Both the position numbers and the translations under genes were made by a program. From an uncultured Planctomycetaceae bacterium (GTDB taxonomy: Bacteria > Planctomycetota > Planctomycetia > Planctomycetales > Planctomycetaceae): DNA of 64,000 nt. Below the pieces are notes generated by a model, which was not told where the DNA came from, searched no databases, and saw only the letters and a program-made list of their open reading frames with translations. Shown here one piece after another: positions 10,772 through 22,889 of the stretch. Where the stretch lies: positions 416,001 to 480,000 of the forward strand of contig CAWFAK010000009.1 of assembly GCA_963813715.1 (NCBI GenBank). The letters run 5' to 3'. Each line of letters begins with the position of its first letter. Positions within the stretch are counted from its first letter, which is position 1.

Positions 10772-11308
10772 ATGCGTCGTCGCCGCCGCCTCTCGCGCGC
10801 CCTGACCGACGTCGAGCTGAACCTGGCATCGATGCTCGATATGGCCTTTCAGCTGCTGGCGTTTTTCATCCTCACATTTCGGCCCTCGCCGATCGAAGGA
10901 CAGCTTTCGCTGCATCTGCCGCCGGCAGTCCCGGTCACCAACGTGCAGACCGAGCGCCCCGACGTCACCGAGGCGGCCGACGCCGGCGGCACGATCGCCA
11001 AGACGCTCGAAGTCAGCGTGTTCGCCGACAACAGCGGCAACGTGTTGAAGGTGCAGGTCGGGCTGCGGACCGCTTTTCTGGGTTCGGCGGACACCGCCAA
11101 TCTCCATAAGCTCGACCAGAAGCTGCACGAGGCTTTCGCTTTCGAGGGGAGTCCGTTCGAGCAGATTGTGATCCGCGTCGCTGCGAACCTAAAGTACGAA
11201 GAGCTGATGAAAGTGATCGACGTTTGCACGCGGCAGAAAACGGCCGACGGGCAGATGCTGCACAAAATCAGCTTTGTCGAAATGTCCGGGTCCGAACAGG
11301 CCAAGTGA
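10772..11308 (+). CDS. exbD: Biopolymer transporter ExbD/TolR (second copy)
   Basis: ELNLASMLDMAFQLLAFFIL and IVIRVAANLKYEELMKVIDVC. Confidence 0.88.
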   Translation: MRRRRRLSRALTDVELNLASMLDMAFQLLAFFILTFRPSPIEGQLSLHLPPAVPVTNVQTERPDVTEAADAGGTIAKTLEVSVFADNSGNVLKVQVGLRTAFLGSADTANLHKLDQKLHEAFAFEGSPFEQIVIRVAANLKYEELMKVIDVCTRQKTADGQMLHKISFVEMSGSEQAK

Positions 11309-11316
11309 GCCGAACG

Positions 11317-12309
11317 ATGCGCCGCCGACGCAGTCGCACACGAGCCTTCGGTCCGTTCGCCTCCAATCCGACGTCGGCCCTCATGCGGCTCGGCACGCTC
11401 TTGATCGTGCTGGGGCTGATTTACTCGTGGGCCAGCAAGCCCCAGTCGTGGCGCTGGCTGGAAGACAACGCCCCGGGCGCGGCCGACGGTCAGATGGCGC
11501 TGGCCGAAATGGGGCCGTCGAGCGGCGGCCCGTCAACCGAAGGCACGCCGGTCGCCAAGCCGGCTGTAGACGAAACAGTCGTCGCCGCGCCGACCGACGT
11601 CGACCCGGCCGAGCGGGAGCAGGCACAACATCTCTTCGAGGCAGTCTCGGACAAAACCGTGCTTGCCCCGGAAGAAATGGCCGCGTACTGGCGGCTAATG
11701 AAATGGACCCGCGCACAGACGTTCGCCGCGATGGACCATCGCGCGGCCCGCGACGTGCCCCGCCTGGGGCTTCTCGAACAGCCGGAACGTTATCGGGGCC
11801 ACTTGCTGCGGCTGCGGCTGCACATCCTGCGAATTCTGGATTGGGAAGCGCCGAAGAATTCGGCCGACGTGAAGCGGGTGTACGAGGCCTGGGGCTGGAC
11901 CGATCAGTCGAACTCGCTCTATGTTTGCGCGTTCACCGAACTGCCTGCCGGCATGAAAACAGGTGAGTCGCAGCACGAAGAGGGCGTCTTCGTCGGCTAC
12001 TTCCTCAAGGACCTCGGCTTCCAGGCCCTCATGCGCAATCATGCGGCCCCATTGTTGGTGGGACGGATGCAGCGCGCGGAGTCGTCTGCCCCGGCTCCGC
12101 TGGTCGCCGAGTCCGACTGGCACTGGCTGTGGATGGGAGCCCTCGTGTTTGTCGCGATCGGTTTCGTGTTCGCGTGGCTGCGTCTGCGCCGCGTTCGCCC
12201 GGCGACCGTCGCCGCTCCGACCGCAGCCGACGAAGCCGAGATGGAGGATTGGTTCCGTAGCGAAGGAACCGCCGATCCGGCCAACCCTGCCCACCATCGC
12301 GATTTGTGA
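11317..12309 (+). CDS. Hypothetical membrane protein (N- and C-terminal TM helices, periplasmic core)
   Basis: Two hydrophobic segments flank a soluble domain (LLEQPERYRGHLLRLR...GVFVGYFLK...APLLVG); spacing to exbD suggests an operon. Confidence 0.75.
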   Translation: MRRRRSRTRAFGPFASNPTSALMRLGTLLIVLGLIYSWASKPQSWRWLEDNAPGAADGQMALAEMGPSSGGPSTEGTPVAKPAVDETVVAAPTDVDPAEREQAQHLFEAVSDKTVLAPEEMAAYWRLMKWTRAQTFAAMDHRAARDVPRLGLLEQPERYRGHLLRLRLHILRILDWEAPKNSADVKRVYEAWGWTDQSNSLYVCAFTELPAGMKTGESQHEEGVFVGYFLKDLGFQALMRNHAAPLLVGRMQRAESSAPAPLVAESDWHWLWMGALVFVAIGFVFAWLRLRRVRPATVAAPTAADEAEMEDWFRSEGTADPANPAHHRDL

Positions 12310-12366
12310 CAAGTCCCGTCCGCCCCTCATTCCCTTCCACGAAGAAAACGCCGCAAAGAAAGCCCA

Positions 12367-13974
12367 ATGTCCGCCTCCGAAGTCCGTCCCACCGTCGCCG
12401 GAGTCGAAGTTCGCGGTCTTCTCTCGGCCGAAGCGTCCCGCATCCTCACACCCGCCGCGCTCGAGTTCATTGCTACGCTCGAGCGGCAGACACGCGCCAG
12501 GCGCCGTGTGCTCCTCGCTGCGCGGGCCGAGCGGCAACAAGCTCTCGACGCCGGCGAGCTGCCCGACTTTCTGTCGGAAACGGCCGCGCTGCGCCGCGAC
12601 GATTGGCAGATCGCGCCGATCCCCGCGGCGCTCGCCGATCGGCGCGTCGAAATCACCGGTCCGGTCGATCGCAAAATGATCATCAACGCGCTCAACTCGG
12701 GCGCGAACATGTTCATGGCCGACTTCGAGGACTCGCATTCCCCCACCTGGAGCGGCACGCTCGAAGGTCAGGCCAACCTGCAGGATGCGATCGCCGGCAC
12801 CATTGACTTCGTCAATCCGCAGGGGAAGGCGTATCGGCTCGCCGATAAAACGGCGACGTTGCTCGTACGTCCACGCGGCTGGCACCTGGACGAGAAGCAC
12901 ATGCTGGTCGACGGTCAGCGGATGTCGGCCAGCCTGTTCGACTTCGGCCTCTACTTCTTCCACAACGCCCGCGCCCTGGTTGCCAAGGGACGGGGGCCCT
13001 ACTTCTATCTCCCCAAAATGGAGAGCCACCGCGAGGCCCGCTTGTGGAACGACGTCTTCGTGTCGGCCCAAGAAGCGCTCGGTCTGCCACCGCGCACCAT
13101 CAAGGCGACCGTGCTGATCGAGACGATCCTGGCCTCCTTCGAGATGGACGAGATTCTTTACGAGCTGCGAGACCACATCGCCGGACTCAACTGCGGACGG
13201 TGGGACTACATCTTCAGCTTCATCAAGAAGTTTCGGAACCGGCCCGACTTTGTGCTGCCCGATCGGGCCCTCGTGACCATGACCACGCATTTCCTGCGTT
13301 CTTACTCGCGGCTTTTGATCGAGACCTGCCATCGCCGGGGGGCTCACGCGATGGGCGGCATGGCCGCGCAAATTCCCATCAAGGACAATCCGGCCGCCAA
13401 CCAGCAGGCGCTCGACAAGGTTCGGGCTGACAAGGAACGGGAAGTGAACGACGGTCACGACGGCACGTGGGTGGCGCACCCGGGCCTGGTCGGCATCGCG
13501 AAGGACGTCTTCGACGCGCGGATGGGTGCGCCGAATCAAGTCGGCCGACGTCTGCCCGAATTGAAAATCACCGCGGCCGACCTGCTGGCCGTCCCCGAAG
13601 GGTCGATCACGGCCGACGGATTGCGAGTGAACGTGGCGGTCGGCGTGCGCTATCTGGAATCGTGGCTGCGGGGCAATGGCTGCGTGCCCATCTTCAACCT
13701 GATGGAGGACGCCGCCACTGCCGAGATTTCGCGGGCCCAGATTTGGCAGTGGATTCGCCATCCGCGCGGCCAGATGAGCAATGGAACCAAGATCACGCCG
13801 GCGGTGGTGCAGGAAGTGCTCGACAGCGAGTTGGCGGCCCTGCGCGAGAAACTCGGCCCGGCCGATTACGCGCAGACGAGGTTCGACGAGGCGGGCGATT
13901 TGTTCCTGTCGGTGAGCACGACCGAAGAATTCGTCGATTTTCTGACACTGCCCGCTTACGAGCGAATCGATTGA
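12367..13974 (+). CDS. aceB: Malate synthase A
   Basis: DRRVEITGPVDRKMIINALNSGA, LVRPRGWHL, GPYFYLPKME, GLNCGRWDYIFS, LMEDAATAEISR. Confidence 0.96.
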   Translation: MSASEVRPTVAGVEVRGLLSAEASRILTPAALEFIATLERQTRARRRVLLAARAERQQALDAGELPDFLSETAALRRDDWQIAPIPAALADRRVEITGPVDRKMIINALNSGANMFMADFEDSHSPTWSGTLEGQANLQDAIAGTIDFVNPQGKAYRLADKTATLLVRPRGWHLDEKHMLVDGQRMSASLFDFGLYFFHNARALVAKGRGPYFYLPKMESHREARLWNDVFVSAQEALGLPPRTIKATVLIETILASFEMDEILYELRDHIAGLNCGRWDYIFSFIKKFRNRPDFVLPDRALVTMTTHFLRSYSRLLIETCHRRGAHAMGGMAAQIPIKDNPAANQQALDKVRADKEREVNDGHDGTWVAHPGLVGIAKDVFDARMGAPNQVGRRLPELKITAADLLAVPEGSITADGLRVNVAVGVRYLESWLRGNGCVPIFNLMEDAATAEISRAQIWQWIRHPRGQMSNGTKITPAVVQEVLDSELAALREKLGPADYAQTRFDEAGDLFLSVSTTEEFVDFLTLPAYERID

Positions 13975-14016
13975 CGTGAATCGATCGCCCCGCCCCCATC
14001 ACGCGGTTCGGCGCCG

Positions 14017-14445
14017 TCAGTTCTCGTCGGCGCGACGCGGCAGCGTGTGCAGAATCTTCGCCAGGTCGGACAGAGCGACCGGCTTTTTGAGCACGCGATC
14101 GAAGCCCGCCTCGTATGCCCGACGCTCGTGGTCCGAGCCTTCCCAACCGCTGACGGCAACGATGCACAAATCGCGGGACGTCTCTTCCTGGCGGGCCGCC
14201 TTCGCAAACGCATAGCCCGACATTTCGCCCGGCAGCGTGATGTCGCAGAGCACGACTTCGGGCTGAAACTCGCGTGTGGCGGCCATGCCGCTCTCGCCGT
14301 CTTCTGCCTCGCGGGCTTCGTGCCCCAGCTTGGTCAGGAGCAATTTGAGGATAGTCCGCGCGTCGCGGGAGTCGTCCACGATCAACACGCGTCGTCGGGG
14401 AGCATTAGTGCCGGCGCCGTTCGCTTCGTGGCAGAGGCCGGTCAT
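14017..14445 (-). CDS. Single-domain response regulator (CheY-like receiver)
   Basis: RRVLIVDDS...PEVVLCDITLPGEMSGY...VAVSGW...AGFDRVLKKPV. Confidence 0.9.
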   Translation of the reverse strand: MTGLCHEANGAGTNAPRRRVLIVDDSRDARTILKLLLTKLGHEAREAEDGESGMAATREFQPEVVLCDITLPGEMSGYAFAKAARQEETSRDLCIVAVSGWEGSDHERRAYEAGFDRVLKKPVALSDLAKILHTLPRRADEN

Positions 14446-14712
14446 AAAGAAAGTCCGCTTACCTGGCTCTGAGAGATCGGGGCGTCGTGATCGGCGTTGC
14501 GATGAGGCGAAACTGATTCGCAATGCAGAGACAAATCACTCGAAGGCCGAGCCGTGTGGCTGCCCTGGCTCTCGCCTCTAATGATACCCCACGGACGCTT
14601 CAGGGGCAGGCGCCACTTCCAAGAAAAAATCGCGTGAACGAAAAGCCACGTCGCAAAATCCGCCGGAAATTACCCAAACGGCCCGGCCGCAAGAGGCGAC
14701 TTCACGCGACAT

Positions 14713-17700
14713 TCAGCTTCCGAGGGCCGTTGCTGCCAGCCGCCGCGCGGTCCGCCGCAGGATGCCGGACCAATCGCCCGACGGGCCGGACCGCCAGAGT
14801 CGCATCGACGGGTACCAGGGCGTTGCGTCGCCGTTTTGCATCCACCGCCAATCGCAGCAGAACGGCAGCAGCGTCCAGACGGGTCGTCCGAGCGCCCCCG
14901 CGAGGTGCACCGTGGAGTTGTCGACCGAGATCACCAGATCGAGCGCGGCAATCTTGGCGCAGAAATCGTCGAGGTCGCTCATTGGATCACAATCGGCGCC
15001 GTCGTCGAGGGTTACGCCGAAGCGCTGGCGGGCGATCAGGGCATCGGCGGCTGCGGGCCCGTGCTGCAGATTGACGAAGCGAACTCCGGGCACTGCGAAG
15101 AGTGGCCCCCACTCGGCGAGCGGAATCGATCGTTTGAGTTCCGTCTCGCGGTCTTTGCCCCCCTTCCAGGCAATGCCCACCTTGAACCCGCTGCCCCCGC
15201 GGCTAAGTCGTGCCCGCCACGCCGCCACCCGCGACGCGTCGGCTTGGAGATAGCCGGCCGTCGTCGGAAAGTCCTCGATGCGCCGCCGGGTGTGGCGGGG
15301 TAACGATCCGATGAACTCGACGAGCGTTTCCTCGGTCCGCGGATCGTCCTTTGCCGGCTGGGAAATCGAATTCGGTTTGGCGACGAAACGGATGGCCGGA
15401 AACGAGCGGGCAAACAGTGACACGAGCCGGGAATCGCACTCGACCGTGCAATCGCCGGCCGTTCGTGTGGAGTCTCCTAAGCACGACCCGAACATCACCT
15501 GGTCGCCGATCCCCTGCTCGGCCAGTATGTGCACGGGACGGCCGCTCCTTGATGCCCTTTCCTTGTCCGGTAAGCGGTGGTCGACGCGCGGCCCGCTTTT
15601 GAGTCGCCACTCGTATTCGTCCCAACCGTCGGCCAGCTTGCCCTGCGACAACCAGATTAACGAGCGATCGAACCGTGCCTCGGGCAATTCGGGGTTTTCG
15701 GCCAATACCCGCTCGAGGCATTCGAGGGCTTCGGGAAATCGCCGCAGGTCTTTCAAAGCCACGGCCAGGTTGACCAGGATTTTTTGGACCTCGTTAGGAG
15801 CATTGACGTCGATCGGCCGCTGCCGCGGTTCGTCGCGGTGACATGCTTCGGCCACGCCAAGGGCTTCCCGATAGCAGCGTACGGCCTCTTCGAGACGATT
15901 TTCCTCGCGGTGGGAGTTGCCGAGATTGAACCAGACGGCCGACGAGCGAGGATCAGCCGCCACAGCCGCGCGATAGGCGGCCACTGCGAGGTCGGTGCGG
16001 CCCGCCTCTTTCCACGCGGCGCCCAGATTGTTGAGCGTTTGCGCATTGCCCGGCTCGAGCGCGGCCGCCCGCCGGTAAGCGTCGATCGCCTCGGCTAGCC
16101 TGCCTGAGTCGTGAAAGTGCGTGCCCCGCGCGAAATCGCTCGCCGCCTTCGTCCGGGCGAGTTCGACGAGTTGTCCGGCGACCTCCCGTAATAGCTCGTT
16201 CCATTTCTCCTCAAGCGGACCCTCGGCGGACGAATGGCGGAGGAGCCGCATGCTCGGATACCAGGGCGTGTCGCTGCGATCGGTGAACCAGCGCCAGTCG
16301 CCGGCGAATGGAAGCAGTGTCCAGACCGGGACGTTGAGCGCTCCGGCCAGGTGCACACTCGCGTTATCGACCGAGATCACCAAGTCGAGCGCGGCGATTT
16401 GTGCGGCCGGACCGTCGAGATCGCCCAACGGGTCGGCCTCCGGCCAATCGTGTAATGCCACACCCAGCTCTCGCCGCGCCTGCTCAAGCTCCGCCGCACA
16501 GTCGCCGTACTGCAGGTTCACGAACGCGACGCCCGGAATGCGGAAGAGCGGAGCCCACTGTGCGAGCGTCGTCGAGCGACGGCGGCGCGTTGCCGGGTCC
16601 TTCCCCCCGCGCCACGCCACGCCGACGACTAGTCCGGCCCCCAATCGCTCGAACCGTTCCCGCCACTGACTGACTTGCACGGGGTCGGGAACCAGATAGC
16701 CGGAGTGTCGTGGGAACGCCTCGAAACGCGGGCGCACGCAGCCGCGGCAAAGTGCCGGCTGCGATTTGCGCATCCCACGGCGGCACGCCGGCCGCCCGCG
16801 GGTCGATTTGCCCAGTTCGGGGAAAGAATGTCGCCGACGGAAACGACCGCGAAAACAATCGCAACAGCCGCGGTTCGCACTCGATGAGGCAGCGGCCCGA
16901 GCGTGCGATCACTTCGCCGAAGCACGAGGCGAACATCACCTCGTCGCCGACTCCCTGCTCGCTGTAAACCAAAACCGTGCTGTTCGGATCGTGCCCGCCG
17001 TCCCACTCCGGCTCGCTGAATATCCGCGGCTTGCCGTTGTACCGCCAGCGCCATTCGTACTCGCGCCAGCCGCGCTCGAGGTGGCCCTGCCGTAGCAACG
17101 GCCAAAGCTCGATTGAATTGAACGATCGGCGAATCGGGTTTCAGCCGCAGGCGCGAGCGAACGCCGCCTCTGCTTGCGGAAAGTGGCCGAGGTCCTCATA
17201 GGCGTTGGCCAGATTGACGTGCGCGTCGAAGAAATCGGGCCGCAGGGAGACGGTCCGCATGAAGCAGTCGACGGCCGCCGACAGCCTGTCCCTCGTGTCT
17301 TAGCGTCAGGCCCAGGCCGTAGTGCGCGTCGGCCGAACGGGGAGCCAACTCGACGGCCCGCTCGTGGCAGCGCCGCGCTTCGCCGCATTCGTCTAAGCCG
17401 CGGAGCGCTTCCCCCAGCCCACTCCACGCCTCGCCGGAGCCCGGATCCTGCTCGATGACGCGTCGAAACTCGACGGCAGCCGCCGCAAAGTCCGACCCGT
17501 CTTTGAGCACGTTCCCCAAGTTGAGCCGAATGCCGGACGAATCGGGAGACAGCTCGATTGCCCGGCGGAGCGCGGCCAGCGCCTCGGCCGTGCGGCCCAG
17601 CGACCGATAGGCCACACCCAGATTGCTGTGGTAGGCTGCGTTCGCCTCGTCGAGCGACAAGGCCCGCCGAATTCGTTCGACGGCCGTGACATGATCACCA

Positions 17701-17865
17701 CGTTGATGGGCGATTACACCCAGCAAGTGGTGGGCGTCAGCCTCGGACGGTTCGGCTTCGAGCGCTTGCTCGATAAAGCCGGGCCGCCCGATCGAGCATC
17801 CCCCGCCGGTGATGCTCGATCCCCTCGCGCAAGAGTTGAGCTGGTTCGCCCGCGAGCACTCCCAT
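14713..17865 (-). CDS. TPR-repeat protein with two GT-B (GT9-like) glycosyltransferase modules; several indels
   Basis: TPRs (ADAHHLLGVIAHQRG, AYHSNLGVAYRSLG, TLNNLGAAWKEAG). The block GW.EYEWR...EQG.GD.VMF...VGIAW.GG...LDLVISVDN..VHLAGAL..PVWTLLP...WRW...PWYPSMRL occurs twice, spread over ORFs 17196..17963, 16484..17098 and 14713..16773. Confidence 0.82.
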
Positions 17866-17976
17866 GCCTGGCCCCCGCCCGGCGGCCGACGTTCAAGCGT
17901 CGGCGCCGGCCTCGTGCTCCAGTTTCCCGGCTCGCTCCCGTTCGCTTCGCAAGGTTCTCTCACTGTTTCCGTCCAA

Positions 17977-20156
17977 TTATGGCGTCGCGTTCGTCGGCTT
18001 CATCACTGGAGCCGGAGAAGGCAGAACGGGCGGGATCGACGGTGACGGAGCAGGCGTGGGCGCCGGCATCATCGCCGGAGACGCAGGCGGAGCCGGCGGC
18101 GGAGCCGTTGCCGGTGCTGCCGTGGCCGCGGGCGTCGTTCCTACCGGAGCCGGCGGCACCGGAGCCCCCGCACCAGCCGGACCCGTGGCCGGTTGCGTCG
18201 ACGGCGGCTGCAGCGTCTCCACTCCCTGACGGCAGCTGATTCTCCTCGGGCTCGGTGCAGAGGAAGTTCACAGGAATCGCGTGGCTTCGCGCCCAGGCGT
18301 TGCGCACGGCGTCCTTGTAAGCTTCGGGCGTCCAGTCCGATTCGGCCAGCGTCACGTTGTGGTAATCGAGCAGCGTGCCCTTGCGGAAGTTGAGGTCCAT
18401 GATGGCCTCGGCATAGTTGACGAGGCTCGTGTAATAGCTCTGCTCGGCCGACGCCAGGTTCGATTGGGCCGTAAGCACGAACGACAGAGTCGTGGTGCCG
18501 ACCTCGTATTGATACTGGTACAGCGCGAGTTCGCGCTCGGTCGCCAGCCGTCGATTGAAGTACGACTGCGCCGTCTGGTAGTTGACGGCAACGTTCTGGA
18601 ACGCGACGGCCAATTCCTGGGCAATTTCCATCTCGTCCACGGCCAAGCCTTCGCGGGCCTTGGCAACACGGATCTCGTATTGGCGCACCTGTGACCAAGC
18701 CGCACGGAAGCCGATGGGCATCGAGAATTGGAACCCTGCCGACCACCCGGTCTGCCCGGCTTCGGCCAGCGACGCGAAGGCACTCGAATAGGGTTGTGCG
18801 AGTTGCGACTGCTGGCTGATCAGATCGTTGCCGAACGCGTTAACCTGATACGAACTGACGAAGGCGAGCTGCGGATGCACCAGGCTCTTGGCCGCCCGCA
18901 ATTGCAGTTCGAGGCTCTTGATCTGCCATTTCTGCGTGCGCAACTCAGGCCGTCGCGTGAGCGCTTCGCTGAGCGAGCTGTACCAGTCGGGAACAAATTT
19001 CGCGATGGGCGGCTCGTCGACTGGGCGAATGATCCGCCCGTCGTTGACCGGCAGACCGAGCAATCGTCGCAAACTCGTTTCGGCGTTGTAGAGATTGTTC
19101 AGCGTCGTTTCGGCCGTGGCTCGCGTGTTGTAGAGCTGATCGCGGGCCGTCGCTTCATCGACCGGCGTAAAGCCGGCGGCACCGCCGATGTCGAGCTTGG
19201 CCTTGGCCTCGCGCCATGACCGCAGTGCGCTGTTATGAGCGACGACCGCGGTGTGATAGAGGCGGTATTGCAGATACAGATTCCAATACGTGTTCTCGGT
19301 GTCGCGCAAGAGGATCAGAGCTGACAGTTCGAAGGCCCCCAAGCTGATGTCGTCGTTGATCCGCGGCGATGGCCACACCTTGGCTCACGCCCGTGACGGC
19401 CGCAAACTGGTTGTTGACCACGCCGGCGATTCGTGTGAATTCGACGCCCGACCCGGCCCACAACGGCTGCGTGTAAGACACCTTCGCGAAACCGGTGTAC
19501 GACGAGGGAAACAAGAGGCCCGGCGCGTTGACGTTGAGGTAGTTCCATGTGTCCTGAAACTGGATCTGGCCGCCGTTCGCAAAGGTTTTGGTTAAGGTGG
19601 CGTTGAAGGCGTCGGTGTTCTGCTGGAGCACGCTACCGGCTCCGGCCCCGACGTTTTGCACGGGCGAGTTGACAATGTTCTGGTTGAAGCCAAATTGGTT
19701 GGAGACGGCAAACTGCGCGTCGAAGTCCGACAGGGCCGCTTCCACACCACGCGCGCCAAACAACACGCCCGATTCCTGGATCGCCGGATCGTAGACCGAT
19801 TCGACTCCGTTGGGGTTGGTCAACAGTGCGTTGCCCGGCGTCGTGAACGAGCCGGCCGAGCGGATGATCTTGTTGTTGGCCAGCGCCAACTCCAGCGCCT
19901 GCGACAGCGTCATGTCCCAGACCTGGTCCTTCTGGCGATTGGCGATGGTGTGCGGCCCGTTGGTGGTCGTGACCTGTTCGGGGCGCTGTTCTTCCGTCGT
20001 CGGGAACTCGATCGACGTGGCCACGTCTTTGTAGTAGTCGGGGCCGTCCGAACCGAGGTAGTGCAGCTCGTCGGGTCCCTTGCGATAGAAGCAGCCGGCC
20101 AACACGACGACGGCGGCACAGACGACCAACGCGAGTTTCAGCCGCTGAAACCTCAT
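17977..20156 (-). CDS. TolC/outer-membrane efflux family lipoprotein with Pro/Ala-rich C-terminal tail (indels near 19370 and 18225)
   Basis: Lipobox VLAGC; MTLSQALELALANN; ENTYWNLY; EALTRRPEL; FSMPIGFR; YEVGTTT. The tail corresponds to ORF 17977..18222. Confidence 0.85.
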
Positions 20157-20641
20157 GTCTTCCCCCTTGCCCCGGCCCGTATTTGCCGCGATCTGCGATT
20201 CGATTCCCGTCGAGCCCGCCCCTGATCGCGTACGCCCGCTCTGCGGCAAACAATCCGATCGGCCGATCGCGCGGACGGCCGCGCAATCCCGACAACCCTC
20301 AGGACCGTCACAGCTAGTATCGGCCGAAGATCCGTTAGGATGTGACTGTATTCATGGTGGAGGCGGGATTTGCGACGGCGGCGGACGTTAGGGCAGTGAA
20401 GGCACGTAAGATTTGCGTTCCGAAACCGGCACAACCAGAACCGATGCACACCGCTTTGACGCCCTGTGCAAGGGCCGGAAGCTTGCGCGAATCATGAACG
20501 TCCCAAGCGGATCGCCGTTTGTTGCGGGCAAACCGGCCGCCTCGCCGCTGCTTGCAAACCCCGAATTCATTTGCTACGGTCGCGCCCGCTCCTTCGGCTT
20601 ATTTCCAGCGGATTTTTCGCGGTTTTTGAGAGGCAGTCGGC

Positions 20642-21820
<1,179 letters not shown>

Positions 21821-21830
21821 CGCTCGACGC

Positions 21831-22889
21831 GTGAGCTTCCCCCGCCACCGCGACTTGATCACCGGCCGCTCGCGCGGGCTGCTGGCAGACGCCTCGCGGG
21901 GCGGGCTGGCGTTCGCTACTCTCTTTTACGGCGCGGCGGTTCGAGCGCGTAACGCGGCCTTCGACGTCGGCGTGCTCCGAGCGCACCAGGCACCGGTCCC
22001 CGTCGTCAGCGTCGGCAACCTGACCACTGGGGGCACCGGCAAGACGCCCATTGTCGCGGCCATTGTCGAGTGGTTCACGTCGCACGGCGTGCGTCCGGCC
22101 ATCCTGAGCCGTGGCTATCGGCCGCACGCCGGCGCCGCGAACGACGAAAAGCTCGTCCTCGATCAACTCTGCCCGGGCGTGCCGCATCTGCAAGGAGCCA
22201 ATCGAGTCGAGTCCGCGGACGTCGCATGCGAGCGACACGGTGCGCAGGTGCTGGTGCTGGATGACGGCTTTCAGCACCGGCGACTGGCTCGCGACCTCGA
22301 CCTAGTGCTTATTGACGCGCTCGATCCCTGGGGTTCGGACCACCTGTTGCCTCGCGGTCTGCTCCGCGAACCTCGCTCGGCGCTACGGCGTGCCGACGCC
22401 GTGATTCTCACTCGCGCCGATCTGTGCCAACCGGAGCAAAAGGCCCGCATCATCGACGACATTCGACGCTTCGGCTCCGACGAGCCGCCGATCGAAGCCG
22501 CGTTTCGTCCGACGGGGCTAATCAACGCAGTTGGGGAGCAGGCCGCGGCCGACTCGCTCGCGACCGTGGCCGCTTTCTGCGGCATCGGCAACCCGGACGG
22601 ATTTCTCCGGACGCTCGCCGACGCAGGTCTGAAGCACGTCGCCTTTCGCCCATTTCGCGACCATCACCACTATTCGGCTGCCGACCTGGACGATCTGGCG
22701 CGCTGGGCCGTCGAACAGAATGCCGCCGCGCTCGTCACCACCCAGAAGGACCTCGTCAAGATCCCGCAGACTCGGCTCGGCGAGCTGCCGCTGTGGGCAC
22801 TCACCGTACGGGCAAAGTTCACCGCCGGCGCCGAGCGATTCTCTTCGCTCCTTCAAGACTTGGTGATGAGCAAGTCCGCGCCGAATTGA
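21831..22889 (+). CDS. lpxK: Tetraacyldisaccharide 4'-kinase
   Basis: PVVSVGNLTTGGTGKTP, ILSRGY, LVLDDGFQHRRL, LLPRGLLRE, FCGIGNP, DHHHY, TTQKDLVK. Confidence 0.95.
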   Translation: MSFPRHRDLITGRSRGLLADASRGGLAFATLFYGAAVRARNAAFDVGVLRAHQAPVPVVSVGNLTTGGTGKTPIVAAIVEWFTSHGVRPAILSRGYRPHAGAANDEKLVLDQLCPGVPHLQGANRVESADVACERHGAQVLVLDDGFQHRRLARDLDLVLIDALDPWGSDHLLPRGLLREPRSALRRADAVILTRADLCQPEQKARIIDDIRRFGSDEPPIEAAFRPTGLINAVGEQAAADSLATVAAFCGIGNPDGFLRTLADAGLKHVAFRPFRDHHHYSAADLDDLARWAVEQNAAALVTTQKDLVKIPQTRLGELPLWALTVRAKFTAGAERFSSLLQDLVMSKSAPN

